A stretch of 64,000 bases of DNA from assembly GCA_951406725.2 (NCBI GenBank), contig OX597816.1:21328001-21392000 (forward strand). Direction: 5' to 3'. This stretch comes from Octopus vulgaris (taxonomy: Eukaryota). A model generated the notes under the pieces. That model was not told the DNA's origin and made no database searches. It was given only the letters and a program-made list of their open reading frames with translations. Of this stretch, positions 39,507 to 50,739 are shown piece after piece; position 1 is the first letter of the stretch, and the number at the start of each line of letters is the position of its first letter. Both the position numbers and the translations under genes were made by a program.

Positions 39507-40118
39507 TAAAATTAAATAAGGGTAGGAATTGATATTAATCAATTAAAACCAGTGGCTTAGCATATTTTAAACAAATCCAAAGATTAAAAATTGCGTTACA
39601 TACAAAATTTAGAGGAGTGACCACTAAAAGTGGACAGCCTATTTGCTAAACATAGATGTCAAATCGCCTTATTTAATTCTAAATAAAAATATGTTCTCTA
39701 GCTGGTAAATTGACTGCTGTAGTTTATTAACTGCAGAGTAGTTTCCGATCTCAGTGCACCAAAGTGAAGGCATTTGAAAGATACACATAAATATAATTTG
39801 TAGAACATTATACATGATAGATTTCGCTTGAACGTTCTGTATCTAGTTCTAGAAATTATGTTTTGTAAACGACAGACTATGCTGATGATCTTGCAGATGT
39901 TTGCGTGTCCATTACGTAAATATTAACAAGTGAAACCAATGGTACGTAGGTAATCGTTTTTTATTTCGTATATTTTCATTTGTCTTGCTTATTTTTACAT
40001 TTTGTTTTTTGCTGAGATTTTTCTTGAGAATACATTCTTCGTGCTAATAGCGATTTGACGTCTATGTTTAGCATATAGGCTGTCCACTTTTAGTGGTCAG
40101 CCCTCTAAATTTTGTATA
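39507..40118. mobile_element. Hammerhead-bearing fold-back element
   Basis: Arms about 39598-39668 and 40049-40118; terminal motif at 39515-39562; (TA)n on the right. Confidence 0.7.
39877..39949 (+). ncRNA. Type I minimal hammerhead ribozyme
   Basis: CTATG-CTGATGA-tCTTG...CAAGt-GAAACC-aat-GGTA-CGTAG. Confidence 0.75.
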
Positions 40119-40626
40119 TATATATATATATATAATATGTATATTACAAAATATGTTTGTTCCTTCTCAAGCCACGCCTGGCTCATAAGGGCCGGTTTCC
40201 TGGTTTCCAGGTGAGCTGCAAGATGCAGGAGTAAAGTGTGAGAGAAAGTTGTGGCGAAAGAGTCAGCAGAATTTCGCCATTACCTTCTTCCGGAGCCATG
40301 TGGAGCTTAGGTGTTTTGCTCATAAACACACACATCGGCTGATCTGAGATTCGAACCTGCGATCCCTCGACCGCGGGTCCACTACTCTAACCATTAGGCC
40401 ATGTGCCTCCATTATAATAAGATATATATATACAATATTAGATATGTACATATATATACACAAGGGTACTACATGAGTACCTATTTCACTAAAAAATAGA
40501 AGTCAAAAATTACTTCTGTACCACCGAATAGTCACAAATCTGTTAGAGACATGATAGCAAAAAATATCAGTGAACAATAATAATGTCTTACTTCTACTGG
40601 GTTAGAACAAGTAAATTCTGGTCAAC

Positions 40627-40682
40627 TTGGTACCGGTTTTGAAATTTAGCACCAAATAGGTGCTCGATTTCTCATCAACCAA
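40627..40682 (-). ncRNA. Hammerhead with mutated core (inverted copy)
   Basis: Homolog of 40861-40925 but with TTGATGA and AAAAC, so two catalytic-core substitutions. Confidence 0.55.
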
Positions 40683-40860
40683 AGACTACCAGGTAAATTA
40701 CTGCTAACATTCTTCCCCATCATGCCGGCAAAAGTTTGTTTGAAGTGACCAAGCACTATAGGAACAAACGAAATGTGTAAAATTATTTATAAATAAATAT
40801 AGGGATGGTATTATTAAAATACCATCACGAGTGGCAAGCAAGTTATCAGCCATAGAGGCA

Positions 40861-40925
40861 CACTTTGGCTGATGAGAAATCGGGCACCTATTTTGGTGCT
40901 AAATTTTGAAACCGGTACCAATGTG
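40861..40925 (+). ncRNA. Type I minimal hammerhead ribozyme
   Basis: CACtTTGG-CTGATGA-GAAAT..GGCACC/GGTGCT..ATTTT-GAAAC-cg-GTA-CCAAtGTG. Confidence 0.8.
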
Positions 40926-41097
40926 ACCAGCATTTACTCGTTCTGATACAGTGGAGGTAAGACATTATTATTGTTCACTGATATTTTTTCCTATCATGTC
41001 TGTAATAGATTTGTGACTATTCGGTGGTATAGAAGTATCTTTGACTTCTATTTTTAGTGATATAGGTACAACTATAGTACCCTTGAGTATATATGTA

Positions 41098-42387
41098 CGA
41101 GGGGCGTTCAATAAGTAATGCCCCTGACCCACTTCCCATAGCAGTAGAGCAACGAAACTTGGCACAGTTATTAGTCTTTTTCTACATAGGAACCACCCAG
41201 AGTTATGCATTTCTCCCATCGTTTGATGCGGCTCTGGAGACCGTTTTTGTAGAAGAACCCAGCTTGGTCCTCCAACCACGACGTGACTTCAGAAATCAAG
41301 GCTGCATCATCTGGGAAACGCTTTCCTTTCAAAAACAACTTCATGATTGGGAAGAGGTGAAAATGCAGAGGGTGCAAGGTCAGGAAAGTAGGGGGAGGGG
41401 GAGGAGTTCATAGCCATACGCCTGTGCTTCTGATCTGGCGACAAGCGAGTTGTGGACCGGAGCGTTGTCCTGCAGGAGGAGGATGCCTTTGCTGATCTTG
41501 CCCCGCCTCTTGATTTTGATAACTTCTCTAAATTTCCTCAAAAGTGAAGCATAATAGGCTCCTGCAATTGTGGTACCCTTTGCAAGGAAATCTGTAATCA
41601 CTACTCCGTCCTGGTCCCAGAAGACTGTGAGCATGACCTTGCCAGCGGAGGGCTGCACCCATGCCTTCTTTGGAGGAGGGGAGTCACGGTGCTTCCACTG
41701 CATTGACTGGGCTTTGGTCTCTGGATCATCGTGATGGACTCAGGTTTCATCCTGTGTAATCAGTGTTTTGAAAAATTTTGACTCATCTTCTTGGCACATC
41801 TCCAAATTCACCCTCGAGCACTCGACGCGTTCTTGCTTCTGGAAAGGCGTGAGCAACCTGGGAATCCATCTGGCAGACACCTTTTGCATATGCAAATGGT
41901 CATGAATGATAGTTTCCACAGACCCGGTACTAATCTTGACTTCATGGGCTATTTGGCGAATAATTATGCGTCGATCTTCCAAAATGGCAGCCTCAACTTG
42001 ACGGACAGATGCCTCATCAATGGCAGAAGGGGTGACCAGATCTGGGAGCTGTTTCCACAGAGTTCCGACCATGTTTGAATTCACGATGCCAGCGTTTTAC
42101 AAGGTCATATGATGGGGCATCATCACCATAAGTTACTTTCATTTCATCAAAAGTCTCCCGTGGTGTGCGTCCTTTCCAATACAAAAACCAGATCACTGCT
42201 CGACACTCAACAGGGTCCATTTCACACTTCACTCAGTTCAAACACCTGTAAATCAGAAACCACAATTAATTCAGAGCTGTAATTTGCCACTTACTCTATA
42301 GAGATATAAATAATTGCACATGCAAAATTTCAGCTAGATCAAACAATTGCAAGTGGGTCAGAGGCATTACTTATTGAACGTCCCTCG
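41098..42387 (-). mobile_element. Full-length mariner transposon (1290 bp)
   Basis: About 37-bp TIRs CGAGGGGCGTTCAATAAGTAATGCCCCTGACCCACTT (2 mismatches between ends); TA target duplication at 41096-41097 and 42388-42389. Confidence 0.95.
41171..42232 (-). pseudogene. Mariner DD34D transposase, frameshifted
   Basis: Four ORF pieces: HTH region (RAVIWFLYWKG..WHREFKHGR), WIPRLL, ITQDET, SAGKVMLTVFWD, LLQDNAPVH, (Y)FPDLAPS, FHLFP, RWEKCI..GSYVEK. Confidence 0.93.
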
Positions 42388-42487
42388 TACATATCTAATA
42401 TTGTATGTAAATATTTTATTGATTTGCTTGTACGGCTGATAATTCACTTGCCATTCATGATGGTATTTTAATAATACCATCATTCTA

Positions 42488-42561
<74 letters not shown>

Positions 42562-42569
42562 ATATATTT

Positions 42570-42918
42570 TCTTGGGGAGAGTCATTTTCTTTTTGCGCCT
42601 TATAATTTAACACACTCAGTGATAAAATTTCCCCTTATTTCTTGTGTTTAATTTCCTAAAAATTTCGATGTGTCTTGCAACCTTTTCAATATTCTTGACT
42701 GTTCTGGCTGGCAGCAGAAACAGGTGTCACCATACTATAAGGTTGCAAGATGCAACGAAAATTTTAGGAAAATAAAAATAAGAAATAAGGGGAAATTTTA
42801 CCGGTGAGTGTGTTAAATTATAAGGCACAAAAAAGAAAATGACTCTCCCCAGACACAACAGAATATGCTTCAACACACGAACTCACATAAAGAATCTTCC
42901 AAACTAAATCCAAAATGG
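42570..42918. mobile_element. Palindromic fold-back family F copy in (TA)n
   Basis: Mirror arms; the centre is replaced by a ~40-bp unrelated sequence. Confidence 0.8.
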
Positions 42919-42942
42919 AATATATATATATATATTTATATA

Positions 42943-42974
<32 letters not shown>

Positions 42975-44541
42975 CATACATATATATACATATATATGCA
43001 TATACATATATATTCGGAGTGCTGAAGATATTTGAAGTTGAGCCGGTAGATAAGTAAATGTAATGAGAAGCAAATTAGACAAGTTGATTTACACAGAACA
43101 TTAAATACATTTGTATAGATATAAAATAGTCCGACTTACAGAATATAAATGATATCAGGAGCTATATGGGTAGCATTTTAGTGTAGGGTTCTCCACCTCA
43201 ACTGACGGATGAAATCATTAGTCTTCTGTAGCAAGAGTTCCATGTATGTATCCCTGAGTGGGATCAGAATAATTTTTGTAGATATGGCCAAGAATTACTT
43301 ATCCATGAGTGTTATGTACACGTATACATACATATATAGAGACATACATATACATATAAGATATGTATGTGTATAGACACATATAAGATATGTATGTATA
43401 TACACACACATATCTTATATATACATATAAGATATCTATGTGTATACACACGTCAGCATCGGTTGTCAAATGATATTGGGGAGGCAAACACAGACATACA
43501 AACATATACACACACATGCACATATATATACATATATACAACGGCTTCTTTCAGTTTTCATCTACCAAAGAAGCAAGCTACTTACCACACAGCCACTCCT
43601 AACACTTATCGCTAGAGAAATGCATATTGCTCCTATCCATTGTTTTTATAGTGTTCGACCAATACACTGGAGCTTTAGTCTTCCCCAAGAAAAAAATGTC
43701 CTCAATATAGCTGAAGCCCAAACAAAACAGTTGCTTGTTAACTTAATAAGCACCCTCTAATATATTCCATAATGAACACCTGAATGGTCAAATATGGTAA
43801 ACATTTGCATGAAGACCAGCATTCAGTAATGGAAGAAAAAATTTCTGTAGAATTTCCAATCAGAAGAAAACATCTTGAGTTAACATTCATTACACTCAAA
43901 CAAAGAAATATTTGCAACGTGCAAATTTCATTAACATTTTATGTGTATTTTCTCTAAGATGTAATCACATTTTTTAAAATTATTTTTCCTGGTTAAACTA
44001 AATAAAGTTGAAGGTCATTTGAAAAAACCAAGTTAACTTGGTGGTACAAAATTATTTTGAAATATATAAAATGTTGTCATTGTTAGATTTAATATAAAAA
44101 AAGTTGTAATTTTTTTTTTACTTCCAAATCAAATTTTTCTCATTTCTTTATATATGTTTTCAAAACGGTGACATCTTACATACATGCTACCACATGTTAG
44201 GCTTTCTGTTTGAATATATGAATGCATCGTGCTGCAGGCAGCTTCAGGAACAAAATATAGTAAATGATTTAATTGAATGCAGAGATTGTAGAGATATCTA
44301 GATTCAGTTGAAAATGTTTTTCTGTTGATGTCAGCATTCATATGGTTTCGCTCCTGCTGTATATAATGGGAAGATCCAAAGAAATATGCGTGCCTTTATA
44401 CCTTTATGTGTGTGTGTGTGTATCTATATATGTATTATGTGTGTATATATATATGTATATATATACATATATGAGTGTGTGTGTGTGTTATTTATGTTAT
44501 TTACATTTGATGGATATTTGTCCTCATCTTGTTTGTTGTGA

Positions 44542-44585
44542 ACAAAACGTTTCAACTGATATACCCTCCAGCCTTCATCAGGTAT
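44542..44585 (-). ncRNA. Minimal hammerhead, AAT-associated family
   Basis: ATAC-CTGATGA-A-GGCTG...CAGTT-GAAACGTT-TTGT; homolog of the 16180 motif. Confidence 0.55.
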
Positions 44586-45009
44586 CTTGGGGAAATTTCA
44601 AACCTGGGTTCTCATTCCTAAGGTATTTTTCGATGTTATTATTAGTAGTAGTAGTAGTATTATTAGTATTATTAGTATTATTATTATTATTATTATTATC
44701 CAGGTCACTGCCTGGAATCGAACACAGAATCTTGGGGTTAGTAGCCAGCACTCTTAACCAACCACTACGCCATATGCCCATCAAATGTAAATAATACTGT
44801 AAGCCTTATGTCAAAATTTTAAACAATTAATTATTGTAATTCCCAGTTCTTGCACAGAGTATCAATAGCTAAATACTTGGAAATTTCCAGAATAAAAGTC
44901 ATAAAAGCTTGTTTATTTTCTCTCTCTTACTTTTCTCTTTTTATAAAAAAAAAATCGCCTTACATGTATACAACATTGTGGTTGCTTCTAACATTATTGA
45001 ACTATTCAT

Positions 45010-45420
45010 AAGGCAAAGAGCTGGCAGAATCGTTAGCACGTTAGGCGAAATGAATAGCGGTATTTCGTCTGTCTTTACGTTCTGAGTTCAAATTCCGCCG
45101 ACGTTAACTTTGTCATTCATCCTCTCGGGTTTGATAAATTAAGTACCTGTTATGTCACACGTTCGGATTCCTTCTACTCAACTCGACTTCTACTACTCTA
45201 CTCTAGTCTGCTCTAGTCTACTCCTACTACTCTGATGACGTCTAGACTTCTCCCACTATATCTATGTATTGGGCTGGTCTACTTCATCGTCTGGGGGTGT
45301 TTACACAACACTACCAGTTGTGTACTGGGGTCGATTTAATTGACTGGCCCCCTTCTCCAAAATTTCAGGCCTTATTCCTAGAGTCGAAACGATTATTGGT
45401 CCCTCAGTAAAACAATGTAG
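45010..45420 (+). mobile_element. SINE family B interrupted by an insert
   Basis: The SINE breaks after aagtacc (45147) and resumes at (c)taccagttg (45311). Confidence 0.8.
45148..45310. mobile_element. Short solo-LTR-like insert (163 bp)
   Basis: TGTTATGT...ACACAACA inverted termini; 5-bp flanks GTACC and CTACC. Confidence 0.6.
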
Positions 45421-45454
45421 TAAAACTCCTTGAGTCAAGTGAAATTGATTGGGA

Positions 45455-46170
45455 AGACCTGTAGAGTCAAGTGAGATTATAGTCGTGGTTGATGCCAGTG
45501 CCGCCCCTCTGGCACCCATGCTGGTGGCACGTAATAAGCACCATTTGAGTGTGGGTCAATGCCAGTGCCCCCTGACTGGCTCCCATACTGGTAGCATGTA
45601 AAAAGCACCATCAAAACTTAGTCAGTGCTAGTACTGTCTGACTGGCTCTTGTGCTGGTGGCACATAATAAATACCATTCGAGCGTGGGTCTATGCCAAAG
45701 CCGTCTGACGGACTCCCCATGCCAGTGACATCTGTAATGCACCATTCAAACGTGGTCAATGCCAGTGCTGACTGATTGGCTCCTGTGTTGATGGCATGTA
45801 TAAGCATCACTCAAGCGTAGGTCAATGCCAGTGCCACCTTACTGACTACCCTTGCCAGTTGTAAGTAATAAGCACCATTCGAGCGTGGGTCGATGCCAGT
45901 GCCACCTGAGTGACTCCCCGTGCTAGTGACATGTAAAAAGTACCACTCAAATGGGATCAATGCTAGTGCCTCCTGATTGGCTTCCATGCTTATGGCACGT
46001 AGACAGCACTCACTACACACTCGAAGTGACTGGCATTAGGAAGGGCATCCAGCTGCAGAAAACTTGCCATATGATATTGGAGCCTGATGTAGTCTAATGG
46101 CTTATGAGTCTTCAGTCAAACCGTCCAACCCATGCCAGCATGGAAAATAGACGTTAAACGATGATGATAA
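45455..46170 (+). mobile_element. RTE LINE 3' UTR with about 8 tandem ~66-bp units
   Basis: Units start near 45491, 45558, 45625, 45691, 45758, 45824, 45892 and 45959; standard (GAT)n end. Confidence 0.8.
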
Positions 46171-47683
46171 TGACAACGCCGACGACAACAGCCTTAGTGG
46201 TGATAGTGGGGGTGGGGGTGAAGAAGACAGCTTGCATGAATTAGTATTCCGCCACCCCGCTAGACCTGAGGACCTGTGAGCAGCTACCCATTGCATATAC
46301 ATTTGCGCATCCTGTTTTCTCATTCTTTTTTTAGTGCACCGATGCAGCAAATGTAACAAAATCTATAACAATAAAGAAACACATCCCAAGATAGAATAAA
46401 TTAGCCTATTAATTTACAACTGTCCAAAAGATTAATATTTGCTCTTTCGAAAGTTTGATAGAGGTTATAAAAATATATTTGGATATTGAAAATTTTGTTT
46501 GCTATATAATCGGTCTGATTAACTTTAATTTGCATGATCAATCAAGTAAAGTGTTATAGAAGTGTATAAGAAATTTCCCTTAAAATATCTATTTTGAGAA
46601 TGGAATACAATATATTTATAGCTACCCAAGTTTTTAACAAGCCATCCTTGTTCAGCTAATGTTACGATGCATTGAGTTAAAAGAAATCAAATTCGTAGAT
46701 TAGTGAATAATTCAAAGCAAGCACCAGCCAACACACCTAATTGCTCTGTCATTAAAGATTTTACCTCAGACAAGCCGAGACAGATAGTTTCCACTTCATG
46801 TGATATAGAATGCAAGTTCAATAAACTATACAATACGTTTCACTCACCCTAATAATAACTTCTTGCAGAAAATAGGATGTGTATTTCAATAATTTTTTTT
46901 GTCATATTTAGTTCATATGTTTTCCAATGTATAAATTTATATCTGAAATTTATTGCAAACAAATTAAATTGCTTGCTAAAATATTCTGGTTGTTGAGAAG
47001 AAGAAGAAGAAAAAAAAACAGAAAAAAAACAAAACAAAACAAAACACAAACAAATAGATAAATATATAAATAAAAATGAAACATGAATTTAGATTAAATT
47101 TCACAAAATTCATATTCTATTTATAAGTTTTGTTTTAACCATTGCATGGAATGATGAAGTACGGTGGATGAGAATATTAAAAATTTAAAAAGAGAAAAGC
47201 ATAACTAAATTAAACTGCTACAAGTTCTATCTGCTCGATTTGAAACAGTATAAAATTTTAAGCATGCACCGTCCATTAATTAGTACTTAAATATTAATCA
47301 CCTTCTTGAGTCAGTACTTCACACACTTAACACACACACACACATATGCATACATTTGTACGTAGACATACCTGCATGCATGTACATATATATCTGTGGA
47401 AACAAACACATATGTAAACCCATTCACACTTTAACAATACAATATTCATATATGTATATATATATATACTCTTGTGTATATAAAATATTTGTATACATTC
47501 ATATATGTGCATTATGAACGAATGCATATACATACTTACAATATAAGTATACAAGAACCCACGAAATGCACATCCACACAAAGCAGATACTGACACAAAC
47601 ACAAAATATGCCTAAAATGCTAAAATACACTATGTTGCACACACATAAAATATACCTAACTGTAACAAGGATCTCACGCATTT

Positions 47684-47731
<48 letters not shown>

Positions 47732-47819
47732 TATATATATATATAATATTAGAGAATAAATATAATTCCAACCTTACAGGTAAATTTCAGTATAATAATA
47801 TTAGACCGAATTTTGTAAT

Positions 47820-48000
47820 ATATCTATTATATAAAATTCATTCTGTCTGTTTGTATGTGTCTTTTTTCAAGGATCCAATTGTGCTCAAATTTGATATGTA
47901 GATACCAATGGTATCAGGGCATGTATAAGTCTTGAAAAAAATCCCAAAACTCGATTCCAGGTGAGAACGCAATCAATAAAGCCGTGGGAACGTGCATTTG
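47820..48000 (+). mobile_element. Possible Helitron-like non-autonomous fragment
   Basis: atctattatataaaa start, then ctgtctgtttgtatgtgtc and aaatttgatatgtagata; the 3' end is not seen. Confidence 0.35.
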
Positions 48001-48155
48001 TAAAATTGTTTTTCTTAGAATTGAAAAAAAGTCTATCGTTATTTCGTCTTAGCTGTTTCAGCTTTTACTTGTAGCTGAGCAGTTGCAAAGAGACGATCTT
48101 CTTTGTGAATCTTCTCTGGATTGCTTCGAGGTCCATTGTTAATTTCACACACACG

Positions 48156-48247
<92 letters not shown>

Positions 48248-48340
48248 AAATATTATTAGAGACAAAACCACTATTTTGCAAAACAAACAAGGAAAGACTT
48301 AATCAATACATAAAATTTTAATAAATAGTCAAAAAAACCG

Positions 48341-48383
48341 CCACTACAATTGTTTCTTGCCTTGATCGACAATCTTCAGGTGG
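48341..48383 (-). ncRNA. Type I minimal hammerhead ribozyme
   Basis: CCAC-CTGAAGA-TTGTC-gatcaa-GGCAA-GAAAC-aatt-GTA-GTGG. Confidence 0.85.
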
Positions 48384-50430
48384 ACTTCCAATCTAAAATA
48401 TCAATATTTTAAAATATAAAAATAATAATTTTAAAATAATTAAAGTATGAATGAAAAAATATAAATATATAATCCATATATAACCTATATATAATCCATA
48501 TATAATCAATATATAAACAATATATAAACTAAAATAAACCTATCAACAATTAAATATAAAATATAAAATATAAAATATAAAATATAAAACAAAACAAAAA
48601 ATAATAATAATATAATAATAAACTATATATACACCCATACACATATAACTAATTATATATAACCATATCTAACTACATACACTAAATCACACACCTATAT
48701 ATATATCCCTATACATACACATAAAAACGTCTAGGCAACTATAAATAAATAAAATAGCTAAATACTTCAACACAATACTTATTCATACTCCCACACACAC
48801 ACATACAACCCACATTCACGCTCTAGAAAACGGACATCACTTAAAATTATGAACGGAGAAATGGAATAAATGGAATTAAAAATTATATTCACTTGGTAAA
48901 ACGAACACTACTTAAAAATTATGAATGAAACAATGCAATAAAACAACAGACATCGCAAATAGACACAAATTACTACGAATTCCTTAACAAACCTACCATG
49001 ATAAACCAAAACTCATAAAAACATATAATGATAAAATCTCCCTTTACTAAACTCTATAACATACCTATATAGCAATCCCCCTATCCTAAACATTCACACA
49101 CAAATACACACACGTAAACCACACACCCACGACATATACAAATACCCACACCACTTACACATACCTATGCATACATATAAACCTCAACATATACTCCAAA
49201 AACCCACTCAACCCCACACAGACAAATAAACACAAAAATTATGAATGGATTCTTTTATAAAACTACCATGATAAGCTAAAACTCACAAAAACATAAATGA
49301 TAAAACCTCCCTTTACTAAACACTATAACATACTTATATAGCAATCCCTTTGACCTATACATTCACACACAAATACACACACGTAAACCACACACCCATA
49401 ACAAATACAAACACCCACCCCACTCACACACACCCACAAGTACATATAAGCCCCAACATATACACCAAACAAAATTACTTTACCAAGGAACTTAACATAT
49501 GTATAAAAAGTATAACCGCGCTGGAAACGAACATCTTTTAAAATAATGAATGGAGAAATGGAATAAATGGAATTAAAAATAATATTCACGTGGCAAAACG
49601 AACACCACTCAAAAATTATGAATGAAACAATGTAATAAATTGAGGTTTATATGTATGTATAGGTATGTGTAAGTGGTGTGGGTATTTGTATATGTCGTGG
49701 GTGTGTGGTTTACGTGTGTGTATTTGTGTGTGAATGTTTAGGTTAGGGGGATTGCTATATAGGTATGTTATAGAGTTTAGTAAAGGGAGATTTTATCATT
49801 ATATGTTTTTATGAGTTTTGGTTTATCATGGTAGGTTTGTTAAGGAATTCGTAGTAATTTGTGTCTATTTGCGATGTCTGTTGTTTTATTGCATTGTTTC
49901 ATTCATAATTTTTAAGTAGTGTTCGTTTTACCAAGTGAATATAATTTTTAATTCCATTTATTCCATTTCTCCGTTCATAATTTTAAGTGGTGTCCGTTTT
50001 CTAGAGCGTGAATGTGGGTTGTATGTGTGTGTGTGGGAGTATGAATAAGTATTGTGTTGAAGTATTTAGCTATTTTATTTATTTATAGTTGCCTAGACGT
50101 TTTTATGTGTATGTATAGGGATATATATATAGGTGTGTGATTTAGTGTATGTAGTTAGATATGGTTATATATAATTAGTTATATGTGTATGGGTGTATAT
50201 ATAGTTTATTATTATATTATTATTATTTTTTTGTTTTGTTTTATATTTTATATTTTATATTTAATTGTTGATAGGTTTATTTTAGTTTATATATTGTTTA
50301 TATATTGATTATATATGGATTATATATAGGTTATATATGGATTATATATTTATATTTTTTCATTCATACTTTAATTATTTTAAAATTATTATTTTTATAT
50401 TTTAAAATATTGATATTTTAGATTGGAAGT

Positions 50431-50473
50431 CCACCTGAAGATTGTCGATCAAGACAAGAAACAATTGTAGTGG
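50431..50473 (+). ncRNA. Type I minimal hammerhead ribozyme
   Basis: CCAC-CTGAAGA-TTGTC-gatcaa-GACAA-GAAAC-aatt-GTA-GTGG; all three stems are Watson-Crick; predicted cleavage after A50469. Confidence 0.88.
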
Positions 50474-50739
50474 CGGTTTTTTTGACTATTTATTAAAATT
50501 TTATGTATTGATTAAGTCTTTCCTTGTTTGTTTTGCAAAATAGTGGTTTTGTCTCTAATAATATTTTATAATATTTTACTATAAAATTGGATTTAATCCT
50601 AAATCTGATTTTTTTCCCTGTAAATTTGGATTTATTCCCTAATATTTATTATTTATATATATATATATATATATATATCCATAGTTTTTGTGTGTGGCAA
50701 ATGCTCAGGGGCAATAAACATTGAAAATGTGCAGAAAAC

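Larger units (their letters stand above)
48244..50655 (+). mobile_element. Large hammerhead-bearing fold-back element in (TA)n
   Basis: Arms 48244-49187 and 49640-50570 (about 0.93 kb, only a few differences); 452-bp spacer; unique tail 50571-50655; (TA)n flanks. Confidence 0.85.

Noticed and set aside
43015-43320. TA-bounded segment with partial hammerhead-like pieces
   Set aside because: It is likely a related insert, but no complete core can be assembled on either strand.
45485-46010. CRISPR-like periodic array
   Set aside because: Eukaryotic context; whole units repeat without unique spacers; no cas genes; it is part of a LINE 3' UTR.
48400-49640. Mitochondrial control-region-like (NUMT) composition
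   Set aside because: No tRNA, rRNA or mitochondrial ORF seen; the segment is explained as the body of the hammerhead element.
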